Source: Catajapyx aquilonaris (taxonomy: Eukaryota). From it: 64,000 bases of DNA. Positions within the stretch are counted from its first letter, which is position 1; each line of letters starts with the position of its first letter. Location of the stretch: contig KZ538173.1 in NCBI GenBank assembly GCA_000934665.2, positions 1 through 64,000 of the forward strand, read 5' to 3'. The notes under the pieces are model-generated. The model ran no database searches. It was not told the DNA's origin and saw only the letters and a program-made list of their open reading frames with translations. The position numbers and the translations under genes were made by a program. Positions 23,101-36,300 of this stretch are shown piece by piece.

Positions 23101-26100
23101 ATTATTCTCATTGAGGACTGGAAGTGACGCGCTTGACAGGCAGAAATTTGGAAAATGACGGAGTGGCAGTTAAAAACATTTTGAGCGCCATAACCAGTCA
23201 GTTCTTTATGAGCTGGCGCAATACCCTGGATAAGAGCATGACAAAGTGCCTGCAACCTACCTTTTGGCATATTCATGACAGTTGTTAGCATTAGGTCGGG
23301 CCATTCGCGTCACTTGCAACATGCTTCATATTTTACGTCGGCTATTTGCTTATGGCTTAATAACCCGTCTGTGCTCTTTTACCGAGTGCTAAATTGCATA
23401 CGTGGCCATAATGGCCGGATAATGATCCTCGAACGTATGTCGTACACGTACCAACAGGTGACAGATTGGAATATCTCGAAACCGACTCGGAACATGCTCA
23501 TCTGAGGAATCTGTCAATATGGAGATGGGTGCATCCCCCAGCAACGGCCAAGATAAGCGGATTTTCGCTGCTGGGAGCCTCCCCCGCCCCAACATTTACA
23601 TAACACCTGTCACTATATAGATACACGGTGCGATAGTTTAGGGCGAAACATAGCTTATCTAGTAGCCTAACCGACCGAATTAACACCTGTCAATTACACG
23701 CCCCCCAATAGATTTTCTAACATTTTCTGGAGTTCATGGTAGCAAGATGTCTCTGACTAGCAGGGAGAGAACCTTCTAATGTCTTATTTTGTGCCCAGTA
23801 ATTCTACTGCCGAAAGCATGAGATTGCCTGTCATATTAGCACCTGGTCCGATTGAAAGGCCGACTCTTCACTAATACGCCCCTGGAGGGGTTTATGGTAT
23901 CGGTAAAATCAACTGAATTTTCCGGAAAGCGGGGTTGTTGGAAGAAGCCAACCCCACTAACGTCTTCCCCCATCACTCCTGAGCGCCCTCTGTGCTGCCA
24001 TGAAAAGCCTGGCTCTGTTTATGACTGTGGGAACCGAAGACCCCGATATTTGGCAACTGGTCACCTGCTGAGGGTTACGATGATTGCGGTCATAAATGGC
24101 AACAATACCCTCCGACGCATCCACGGTGGTCCTGCCCTTATAGTGAAAGCTTCACAACAATGGGTCACACAATGGTCTCACTACAGGCAATCACCTTTGT
24201 GCTCTAACGTACAGGGTCTTCCTTAAATGTACTGCCTTCATGTGTGGTACGTCTGCATCAGAATGTTCAAAAGGTTCATTGACTTCACCGTCATTTTGTT
24301 ATCCTTCACTCACTTATTCACTTGCAAATATTTCAATTGGACAATTGAATTATGTACAAGAAACAGTAATTGACACTTACGAAACACCTTATTGTGAAAC
24401 ATGCGCACACAAAACATTCGTAGTTAGCCATATCTTATGTTATCCCTCCCTGGAGTTGGCCTCCCCGAAAATAATTTCCATGACAATGGACGCATCTCGT
24501 GGCTCTTGATGGCTCCCGACAGAGAATCCCGGACTCCTCCTCCCGGAACAAATCGCCACCAACTTTGCCCCGTCTCCACTTCGCCCACGTGCGAATCAAC
24601 CTACCCTCCCCTTACATACCACCTGCTTTGCTTATTTTTACTCATAAATTTACATGGGCGTGAAGAAATATGTGAAAGGAAAACGTTCCTTGTGCCTGCA
24701 GAGCGGTGATTAAATTCACTCACTGATGTATGGATGCAACACACAGACACATTTTCGGGTTCTTTGAAAAATGTTGGTCATATAATATACATACCGTATA
24801 GGCAGGGAACCATAAGAGTATAATAATAATAAACATAATATTATTGCAAGAATTACATAGCTTGTTAGTTTTGCATGAAAAAAAAGAATCATTTTGACAC
24901 CTGTAACATGAGAGCCCTTTCAGTAGTTAGTTCAACTTACGAGACTAGTCCTGAAATATTTTGTGCCCTATAACGACTGAGGCAAACGATGTACCGAGAA
25001 GAAGGAGAAAATCGTTTCCAACAAGTGTACACTGAATTCCAGGAACCGGTTGGTGCCCGCAGTTCCAGGTTGGTTTTAGCTGGATTTTGTCTGGCGTCTT
25101 CTGGGTGTCTGTTCCCAGCATTTGGGAAAATCATGATGCTTCCTACATACCTGGAACCTCTGCACTGCATTGGTTCTGAGTTGTACCCCGCCAGTTATAT
25201 AGGAAGTAATAATGAGTGTACCATATCGGTTTTTATATATAAGTGATTATCTCAAGGACTAGCATTGCAGACATGTGTTACACGTAAATAATATTTGACT
25301 GTGCAATCTCTCATGAACTGTAGAGTAACTGATACATTTTAAACTCTGGGATATACGTATTCCAGTGTAGGCTCGTCCATTGCTTTGTTAATATTATTGC
25401 AGTCCTCTTTGTGATTTGCTCTGATGGTAAGTATACCATGAGTGTGATAACTCCAAAACCTATTCCCATATAACCTGGAAGAGATTTTCTTCACGTGAAC
25501 ATTCTCTAATTCCAGAATTATTTAAACGCGATTTTATGTAGATATTCGAGTTATTCCTAAATTGCTTTAACCGACCATATAATTATGTTACTAGGGTGTT
25601 CAAATAGGGCTTTCGGAGGTGCGCCACTGTACAGTACAAAAATAATGGAGAGCAAAACGATTATTTCTGGGAGCAAAAACTTTTTCGCTAACGATACCAC
25701 TTTGTTGCTGATTGTGGAGATTTCCCTGGCACCTGATATGCATGCCTTGGGGTATACCCCTTCAGCATAACCATCTTCACATAACTGAGCTCTATACAGT
25801 GTTGCGTCATCTTTTCAGTTGGTTTTATACACACTGATACAGTTTCTACTCAAATAAGTGACAATAATTGAACATTATCTTGCACTTATTTAAGTGGAAT
25901 ATGACTCTTCTCCTGTATCGGAAAACCCTCATTTCCATTCGAATAAGTGAAATATATATTTCCCGTTTATTTCGTGGTTAATGAGGACGGTTTAAGTGAA
26001 AAAATTAGCATTTCTTCTACTTAAATCAGTGGAAGGAAATGTTCCAGCAATTATTTCCACTCATTTTACCTCATTCGCTCACTTGGAGTTAATTGGACCC

Positions 26101-28725
26101 CACAGGATCTATTAAATAGTCACATTATAAAACTCTTAGCAAGTTTTTCATTTTCTTCCGTGACGTTGTCCAAAATTGATTCCTTCATACCAATATCCAA
26201 AGTGGAGAACTAGTGCTATGTGTAGTTATGGTGAAAAAATGTTTATTTTGAGAGCCCCGCAGTTCTGTGAGGATGGCTATGCTCAAGGGATATCCCAAGG
26301 CATGCATGTCAGGGTGCCATGGGAATCCCCGAATATTGGTTAATTTGCCGCTATACAAAGTATTCCTGCGGGTGAACCACTTGTGGCAAAGAAATAATTA
26401 TTTCACCGCTAGGTCAAGCATGGAAGTGCGCTTCTAGGAACATGCATCACTTTAAAAGCAGCCCAACCCCACCTTGAGAAAAATGATAATTTAAATGAAT
26501 TTAAATTTCCAAAATTGTTCTAGTCGTGATATTTTTTTAAAACATTTTCAACGACCAGAAGACCCACTTATCATGTGTGTCACATTATTATTATGTGTTT
26601 AACCGTGGTCTTTTGCAGAAATATGGTCATTATAGCACCACACAAAATGCGAGTTTCTTAAAGTAATTTAATTTTAGGTTCTAGGTCTAGGCAAATAATA
26701 ATGCCATCATGACGATTCACATTTCACCTCATGAGATTACAACAATAGCTACACTGAAAATAGCCTACTTGTAACTTCTCCGTCCGGGTCGATTGTTGCC
26801 AAACGACGTAAATATAACAATGGCCGTATCTCCGTATGGTAGATAGCTTCAATTGAATATTTGGCAACAACTCATGTTTGTGTACGCACTATAGTAAATG
26901 ATTTTTGTAGCAAAATCTGAGATGGTCACCCCACCTCTTTCTCCCGTTTTGACACGGCATGACCCAGCAGCCACAACACTGACGAGCCCATCCTTTAAAA
27001 GTAGTTACCATTTCAAAGCAACGCCTTTGGCACCCGATTGTTCGGAGAGTCAGCCCTATTGGAATATCCGTAGCGATTGTTCCACTCTATAAGGAATTTA
27101 TCGGCTATCAAAAGTGTTTGATAAAAATCGAATAATTTATCCAAGGTCTGAATTGCAATGAATTTTCGGTTATATAAATTCACAACTCAACGTTGGTTAC
27201 ATGCGCAATCAAAATATGTACGCCCAACGATATCCAGCTGATTTTTCGTTAAAAACTGTCAAAACTGACCCATAATTATTGCTCAAAGTTTTTATGAACA
27301 CCACCCACCTCTATTAAAAATATGGCACATAAATCAATTCGGTCCTTTTGAATCCCTTATACACCAGGTACCTCATAAAAATCGTGTCGTCCCATACCTC
27401 CACACTCGATGCACCCATAAAAAACACTAGTTTATGCACACAGTGAACCAGAAAATATATCCCCAACATACACTTTTGACTCCGAATATTCATTCTGAAA
27501 ATCTCAATATCGTCGTACAGGTAACCCCCACAGGTTGGACCCCCAACCAGAAATTCCAACGGGGACAAAACCTTCATTTTTGGTCTGTCAGGACTAGTCG
27601 ACCAAAAAAGTCCAGGGGGTTCATAATAATTCCGGTCTCTATTTTGTTGTTGGGAGCTGTGGAGGCGGAGAGTGCCTCATAACCGTCCTATCTGCAACTA
27701 GCATCTCTTTGGAGGCCCTAACCAAAAGAACGCCGACATTTTTTTTTAACCTTTTCCAATTTTCAAAAAAATAAAAAAAAGGGTCTCACTAACATCTTCA
27801 TTATACCAATACAAATTTTTCATACTAATTATTCATTTTTCAATTTTCTGCCAGCGTCTGACGTCATCCTGACTAACAATTGGTCCAGAAGCCAACTAGA
27901 AGCGCGTCTCAAACACGGGCCAAATTTTGAACCTTTTGGCGGCGAGACAAAAATAATAGCCGACCTAACTTTTGAAGACGATGAGGAGGTTACAGGAAGG
28001 TAAAAAAAAAAAAAAAATATCTGTTGCAAGTTGGAGGCCCCCGTAATTAGGCGGCCTGGTGGTTTCCTAGAAGACAACGACCCCTTCTCCTCCTCTTCGG
28101 GCGCCTACAGAATGATGGAGGCCATCGGGGTCAAACGCGCTTGACCCCTGCTTTGCGCCGAGGGTGGGAAAATGTTTATTGCGCCTAAGGCGCCAGAGAG
28201 ACCCGGGGCCGGACCCGGGGCGATATGTGACCATACAGAACGAGGGAGTTGGAGGGAAAAATTATTCGGCTTTTATCCCTGCTTGCCTAGAGCAATTTTA
28301 AGGATGAAGGGTACAAAAAAAAAAAAGACTTGACCTTCGTGAGAAAACGGCACATTTCCACTGGTTTCTGTCATGTAGGCAACGGCGTATTGTTCCGCCC
28401 AAATCAAAGGGTCATAGGTCAACTCAGACGCAGTGGGAAACCATGGGTCATCGTGATTTCACTTCCCATTTTCTTGGTACGTGCTCTTTTTTTTTTGGCA
28501 AATATGGCAATTGTTGACATTGTTATCTATGGCGTATATATCTATGAAGTCTGATCAATCTTTAGTTAATAAAGGTACTTACGAGATGTCGCTCAGGTGC
28601 AGTCACTTGAAAGCATCCAACGAACCTGTGGCGCCATCTAGTAGGAGTCAAAACTACTGCTCTACTGTGTGCAACAATACGGTGTGGCGATGCAGGGAAT
28701 ATTGTGAATAAATTTGATTAGCTGA

Positions 28726-28829
28726 TTTATTCGTGTTTTATTGGGATAACATCACGGATGAAACATATGCGTCACCCTGATCACGCCTTTAAATTGACAA
28801 ATTCAAATAAATCAACCAAAAAATTTATT
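28726..28829 (-). terminator. polyadenylation signals of the PDZ-PH-PH gene
   Basis: Minus-strand AATAAA at 28829-28824, 28742-28737 and 28731-28726, about 1.5 kb past the stop codon, with U/GU-rich sequence following the first. Confidence 0.5.
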
Positions 28830-30284
28830 CACTACATATAACCAGCATAAAAATTCACTCTTTAACAAACTTAATAAAAATGTTAAAAACAATAACGCTC
28901 TTATAAAAAGCAACAACTTTGTTACAGCTTGTATAAATTAAGACTCATAATGATTGTTATTAGTACCGGGTACCAGAAGTTATCGTGATTAAGGGACTAG
29001 ACTACCATATAATGTATCTTTTTTTGTCTTTTTCTTTTTCAAAATCAAAACTCATGGTCACCAGTGTTTCCTAAACATGATATGAAGGTGTTACCTGCAT
29101 CAACTATCAAAGACTGTAAGGCACACTTACTTTGTACTGGAACGTAGCTACAGTCGTGGCAACGCTGCAAATGTCTTCCTATTAATTGGTATACTGGAAC
29201 ATACGGCCTCGTCACTCTGATCTGTCAGCATGCAGGAAATGCATGCAAAAGCAGCAATAGTAGGTTGTACTGTAATGATAATCACTGCCAATAGTAAATG
29301 GCAGTTCAAGTTCTTGTTAACAATTGATGCAAGTGTCCATCTGCAGACCCAGGTGTTAGTGTCGGCTGATAATTACATTTCTTGAATAATGTCCCACCTT
29401 CAAATCTTGAAGATGGAACAATCATGCATACAAATTGGGCAGTCAAAAATTACATGTTGCTATTGAAGAGTAGTTAGAAATCCACACGGCACTACTCTTA
29501 AGCCCTCTCCCACTCCCACTACAAAATATTATTACACATATTACAACTATCACAGGAAAATGCAGCTCAACATTATCTGCCAAATGTTAATCAACAATGA
29601 CATCTGAACAATTTGAAAATATGTGGCACCTGACCACACCACCACCTGATGCAAACACATGGTATAACAAGGTGTGAGTACCAGCAATCACTCTTCTCAA
29701 TAGTAATAGCTTAGTTACAGCTGCCCCCAGGGTAAACTGAACTGGTGAAAAGTAAAAAACAAACTGTTGATAAAATTTCCGAAATTTAATTTCTAGAATT
29801 GAACGCGGGTCCCGTGCTTACTTTCTCACTCTTTTCTTAACCCTTGTAGCATTTCTACTGACCCCCAAATGTCTTGATTCGCATCCCTAAAGCAGGGCTT
29901 TCAAGAAGCAAACATATCCCCTACAAGCGTCGTCAACACACAGCAGCCTCGGGAACCCTACTCTGTGTACTTTGGCCCTTTGAGTTAAGTCACTATTAGA
30001 CTCCGATCTTCAACACCCCAAACATGCTAGTGTCCTGAGCTCTAAGGTATTTTTCTCTCTCTTGCAACCTCGCACAATCACATGCACGCCCTTTCACACC
30101 GATACTTGCACACCACATTTTCACCCCCAAGTTGTTCTACCCCCTCAAAAAGAAACATCAACAACAAATAAACTGCCCCGACCCAGGGGGGACTTTCTTT
30201 GGCACTGCTGACTGGCTGGTAATGGTCGAAAGCTGTGGCTCGACAATTGGTATGATTTTGTTGGGTCTAGAGGTTGGCGTGTCG

Positions 30285-30336
30285 TCAGCCGACTTTTATC
30301 CAGCGATCAATTGAGTATTCCAGAGCTGCTAACCAC
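30285..30336 (-). CDS. PDZ-PH-PH gene last exon ([16 protein letters not shown])
   Basis: TTATTTCAG acceptor, PH C-terminal helix with conserved W, TGA at 30287-30285. Confidence 0.9.
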
Positions 30337-33300
30337 CTGAAATAAACAGATCAGACCTTAATTTTTCAACATTAAAGTAACAATTCTTGTGGAGATATGT
30401 TGGAAAAGGGGGTTCATGCAAACATACAACCCTCAAGGTTAAGAGACTTTCCTTTCTTTACATTGATGCAAATTAATGAGTCTCTGAACATATGTTTAAA
30501 ATATTGTGCACAACCAAGGAGTTTCCCTGAATTTTTGTTCAGCAACTGGATCTAAGCCTGTCTATGGCAGCCTCTCAAGGCTAGGTGTGGAAAAGTATTC
30601 CGTACCTCTTCTTGTCGGTCTCTGTCTCAGTGTACAAGTAGAAATGGCGGAACTTGGCATCAGGAGGAGTAAGTTCAAAGGTAAACTTCTTTCCTCCAAC
30701 GTTGGAACTCTGCACACGGTATCCATGCAGATGAGCAACTCCTGTTTAAAATAAGTAAATTGTGTTCAAGTGCCAGAGCCAATGTGCTAATTATAACATT
30801 ACATGTCAGAGAACACATTACATATTGTGTATCTAGTGAGTACAATTGGTACAAACAGTAGTATGCAAACTTGTTACTGGAATGTTACTTCACTGTAAAC
30901 CAAACAGTTTTATGATGCAAGTCCAGTAGTATATTTATGTGATAATTTATGAAAGAGCACTGGTATTGTACCATAAATGACCAAAGTGGTTCAAATATAT
31001 GATAGCTCTTATTGCCAAAAAATTTTACACGTGAAGAGAGCTCAACAATGTAAAGTTTGAGCCAACAATTTCACTTGGCAAGTGATGTTTGAAATGTAAT
31101 TTGACGCACCAAGGGCAGACTCCGAGTCAGCCTGGTCATAGAGGTAGAGACAAGCATCTTTGAGCACACAATAACGACGTTTCCAGGTTTTCCAACGGTA
31201 GCCAAGCTTCATGAGGTAACCAAAGCAGTCAGGATGGGGGATGGCAGATGGGCGGAGACGGGTTTGTCTGCGGCTCACTTCCATCCAGCGATCAGCCTGT
31301 AAAGAAACCAATGTTGCCTGATCAAAAACCAAGCAAGCGTCTGACCTAAAAGAGCGCATATCAAATAGTATTGGCTAAATAAGTCATGAATGTAATGTTC
31401 ATAAAATAAGTAACTGTAAAGGCACGTATTGTCCATACAAGTTTCTCTACATGACAGTCTGATTACCTTCGCATGTCATTTTTCATCTGAATATATCACT
31501 GGGATCACATTGGATCAATGCATGTCTTGATCATTTAAAAACGTGAATTCCAATGACACCAAGACGGAATACCCCAAATGCAACTAGACAACAAGTGTAC
31601 CTGGGAGCACGCATCAGCAGCATGAGCGAGCACAGCTGCCCATCTTTGCAGAGAGTCATCGGATTCTGCCGCCAGCAAGAGTGGAGATGAGGAAGAGCCA
31701 GGCTTGGTTAGCCGAAAGGCAAACATTCGGGATGCATCCGGAGCACGTGAAATGGAGTAGTTGAGCATCATCACGGCCCCCACAGGCTGTGACTCTCCCT
31801 CACCCTTGTAGTAATACAGGCAGTAGTCCTGCTTTAGGCAGAACCAGCGACGAAACCACTTCTTGCTTGCTGATTTATCCCCTTTGCTGTCTTTGTCGCC
31901 AGTACTTCCACCACCTGCTCCTAGCTTCCAGAGGTAACCAGCATAAAGAGGACTAGCTTGCTGCGGGTCTGTTATCACAGGGGTGAGGACATCACAGGTG
32001 CGTGCCACTTCCAGCTCCAGCAGGTCTGATCCTGACGCAGAAGAGCCCACTGCAAGTCACCGTGATCCGTGTGTCTCTCTTAACCCCTTAATTGTATTTA
32101 TTGCGAGTCTAACTCACCCTAAGATCTCCATGCCTTTACGAAAAATCTACTAATGTAGCTTATGCCTTGCCTTTATTTGTGATCACATGCAGGCAATATT
32201 GGAGATATTAGTGATTGTTGGAAATACAGGATGAAATCCCAAGAGAAACCATGAATGTGAATGATTACTGACTTATGAGAATCTGGTTTTTTCCCTCTTA
32301 CTTTCATTACAGCAACTGTTACTTGACACAGACATCAGGAATTATTCTGTGTATAATTTTTTCCAGAGAAATGCAACATGTAAGAATTTACATTTAAGTA
32401 TTGTGATCACGTTTTATAATCCTGCAAAGCATCACTAGGGGAAAAATAAAAGTGCCAAAAGCAGCAAATATATCCATAAGCTGTATGGCGGAATAGGCCT
32501 ATAAAATGTCCTATTAGATTGTATCATGCGGTGCAGAGATGCATATGTGTTGATTAAGCTTGTACATAGTGCTGAAGTTCATCTTGCCATGATTTAAAAT
32601 GCATATTTTGATAATATGTAATGCAGCTGAAATAAAAGATATTCTTACCAGCATGAGCAATTTTCACCACTTCAGAATGGGAGGCATCAAGGACATTGAC
32701 AGCATTGATGGTGATGATGATGTCGCCCACCTCAAGTCCAGATGACTCAGCTGGGGTGCCTGGCTCGATGGCCGACACTACCACAGGCCGAGAGCCATGG
32801 ATGCGGAAGCCAAACTCCCCAGACTGCCTCCGGACAGCCACTTTTTTGTCGCTCTCTGGGGAAAAAAAGTAGAGTTGACTCAACAGGTAAACTATGACAT
32901 CACTGCCCCACTCTGAAATAGCCAGAAGTGCGTCAACAGAAACTGTTGACTCGTGGGTACCCATAAGTATTTTAGGAATGCTTAAACCATCCAAAAATAA
33001 TGAGTCTGGGAGGTTGGCTCCAAAGTACGAGTACATTGTATGTGGTATGGACATTATTAGTTATGAAGTAATGCCTGAGAAATATCTGAGCATTCTCTTC
33101 TAATATTGAAATCTAACCTCATGTCCAGATTTTTGTTACTGAGGATTTCTGCACAGTTTCACTTATGGTGTATCATTATAGCATGTTTGTCACAACATTC
33201 GGTAATGCCTTTATATATTTTTGGTGCCCCTTGTTTTCAATCCCTCAACAGTCTGACAGCTGCTTCCTTGTCACTTGCAGACACTTCCGTTCTCTCTCTG

Positions 33301-36300
33301 AATATTCCTTTTGCAGTTTTTAGAAATGCTATAATGGTGCAGTACATGGATTGCTATTCATTACACTGTACTAAAAATATCAATTGAATTATTTCATGTC
33401 AAGTCAGCATTTCCATCCCATGAATCACACTATGATTAGTGTCCTGGGATTTCCTGATCGCCTCATTTAGTATTACCGCAGTAGCAATAAGATGTTAATT
33501 GTGAATAGAAAGCAAACCACTATCAAGGTATGACATAAATGTTACATGTGCATCTGTAAGGAAAGCATAAGTGAAGCAGTCATTGTTGCTGGTTCCTGGA
33601 TCTGACCCAAACCATGCTGAGAGTTAGTCACACAGGCAATTAGTTGCAGGCCTCCTTACCGATGTCGGCCACCACTCTCACCATCCTACATTCACGGGCC
33701 CATACAAACATCATCAGCTTGAGAAGGTCCTGCAACATCTGTTTCAGTGAGGAGCAGCAGGGAGCTTTTTGCTCTGCAGAAAGATGATGCAGATGGGTAG
33801 AATTTTTTTCAGACACCATAATCACTCAATTTTTTGTACCTCCCATTGTGCACACAAACTCAAGAGACACCCTCCACCGCCATGAGTAAGATTCCCAGTC
33901 CTCACTAGCTCGTGTCTGGCATGTCTCTCGAAAGAAAACCCCCCCCGACATTCCCAAAACATGCTTCTGGGACCAGAGCCAATTTGGCACAGAACTGGTG
34001 GGATGGAGTTGGGGAGGAAGGGTGGAAGTGAAAGAGATGCAAAATAATCCACACTTGTCCAAAACGGGAGCCCTCTTGCGTATCCGACTCAAAGAAGTGA
34101 TTTTGGGTCAAGATCGTCAGTTACATCACTTGTGAGATATTTCATGTTTTAAAATTTTCTGCTTACACAATAGCAAAGAGGACGAGGACTACGATATCAC
34201 AACTTTTGCAAGTTGTCATTACACACTAAAGGGCTTAGTATAAAACACACAAAATAGTTCCCAAAAAATATTTCCAGCTCGTAATACCTTTTTGTGGATA
34301 TTTCCCAATTTCTTACATTCCTTCAGTCATGACAAGAAACAAAAACCTGAACTGGCGTGGATTTTCACAAAAGAATTTTTTTCACATCCACAAAAACAGT
34401 ATTGGAAATTGTTTAAAAATACATCCTCATACATCTTACGTAAACAAGCCATCAATCAACATGACAGACATTGCGTTTGAGCCCCAATGTAAATGAGTTC
34501 GCCAACTCTTGCAGTTGGCTGAGCAAAGGGCTTCAATATGTTCCTTGCAGACATAGCTAAATGTTTATTGTTCTAGAGGTGGAATAGCATAAGGTATTTC
34601 ACAAGGACTATTTGGCAATAAAAATTTTTGTAAAGAGATTCTCCCCCAAAAGCAACAGACCTGCATAATGGTACATATCTGTAGCTAGAGCACTTCAAGG
34701 GCTTAGGTTCATAGCTATGAGGATACTGAAACTGGTGCTACGTGCATGCATATGTGAAATATTAATACCACCATGTTGCAGCTCTAAAATAATGCTGGCT
34801 TAACTTACCAAAGGCATTGTTGGCGAGGCGATTGTACATTTCAACACTGGATTTCCGATGAACCATCCGATGTGTTATGGCCTGGTACTTGCGCCTGAAC
34901 TCCTTCTCACTCCCAGTTGACTCCCCAGATACAGTGCGACAGACTGGAGTGTGCTCTGCTTCCTCTTCTTCTCCTCCTCCTTCTGCCCCTTCTCCTTCCT
35001 CCTCCTCATCATCTTCCTCCTCATCTTTTGTACTGGTTGGTTTCTTCCACACTTGCAATTCCTCATTTTCACCAATATATATCCATGCATATGCTTTATA
35101 TGAGTCAGCATACACACCTCCGGACTCCTCTTCATCCTCACCAAACAAATCATGCATGCTGGAACGCAATGAGCTTTGGGTGGAAGCATCAGACCTTCTG
35201 GCGCCACCTAATGACTCCAAACTAGCTCCGGTGGAGCGTGCCTGAGGGCGACAACTGGGATCAACCAGTGGGTCCTCTCGTCCACGTTCCTCAGACTTTG
35301 CTCGAATGTTCTCTGCCCGCTCCTTTTTAGACTTCCGTTCTGTTGTATGCATGCGTTCCTCTGACCGCATGCGACGCTCATTCTTTTTGTACAATCCACC
35401 CCCACTCCCTGAGGTACTAGGTTGTGACGGGGAATCACCAGTGGCCATGGCCGCAATATCTTCTCTGCGCTGCTGCTTTGCTGATCCTTTCCCAGGCTTG
35501 TCATCCTTCTTAGGCTTGGCTGAGGCAGTCGTGGTCACTGTGGTAGCTTCAGTGACAGTCACATATGGGGGAGAAGTTGTTGTGAGTGGAATAGGTGCCT
35601 TTGGAAGCTCAGGAGAATCAGCAAATCCAGCAGGTGGTTTCACTATTTCCTGAAGGACTGCTGGATCAGCAGCAGCAGAGGTATGCTCAGAATCTAAAAA
35701 AATTGAGTAGAGAATACCATTCAAATACATGTACAGGAAAAGTTCAACAGTAATTCTGATTTTGGTACCATACTGTTCTACTACTAAGAAAGTACTGGTA
35801 TACATTGCAATTTATAATAATCCAAACTAAGGCCACACATTTCAGTATTCGTGAATTTAATTTGGACTCACCATCTTGATGATGATCAGCTCCTTCCGAC
35901 TCCCGGCTGACTCTTTCCCCACAATGACTGCAGACAACATCTGCTCCTCCAGCCGATCCTTCCCCGCCTCCTCTTCCACCTGTAGACCTATCAGACTTAT
36001 CTAGTGTGTCAGAAAAGAACACACTATCACTCCCAGGGCTTACAGATCGAAGAGATTCGTAACTGAGACCCAGGAGGTGACCAGAAGTGTCTGGACTGAC
36101 ATGTGGCTTGTGCCTTGGAGGTGGGCTCCCAATTCCATTGTTGTTGCGCCCAGGACTCAGGTGTTTGCCTGCATGGGGTGGCGACAACACATCTGCTGAT
36201 TCCTCACGTGGGCTTCTCCGAGGTGTTGTGCTTGCTTCTTTACGTGACTCAGAACTGGCAGATCGCCTCCTGCTTTTGTGCTGCTCCTTCCCAGTTGATG

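Noticed and set aside
25070..25115. Penelope-type minimal hammerhead on the minus strand
   Set aside because: Core is degenerate (CAGAAGA...TAAAAC); at most a dead relic.
26287..26329. Small GGGATATCCCA...TGGGAATCCC hairpin
   Set aside because: Short, imperfect and without supporting context.
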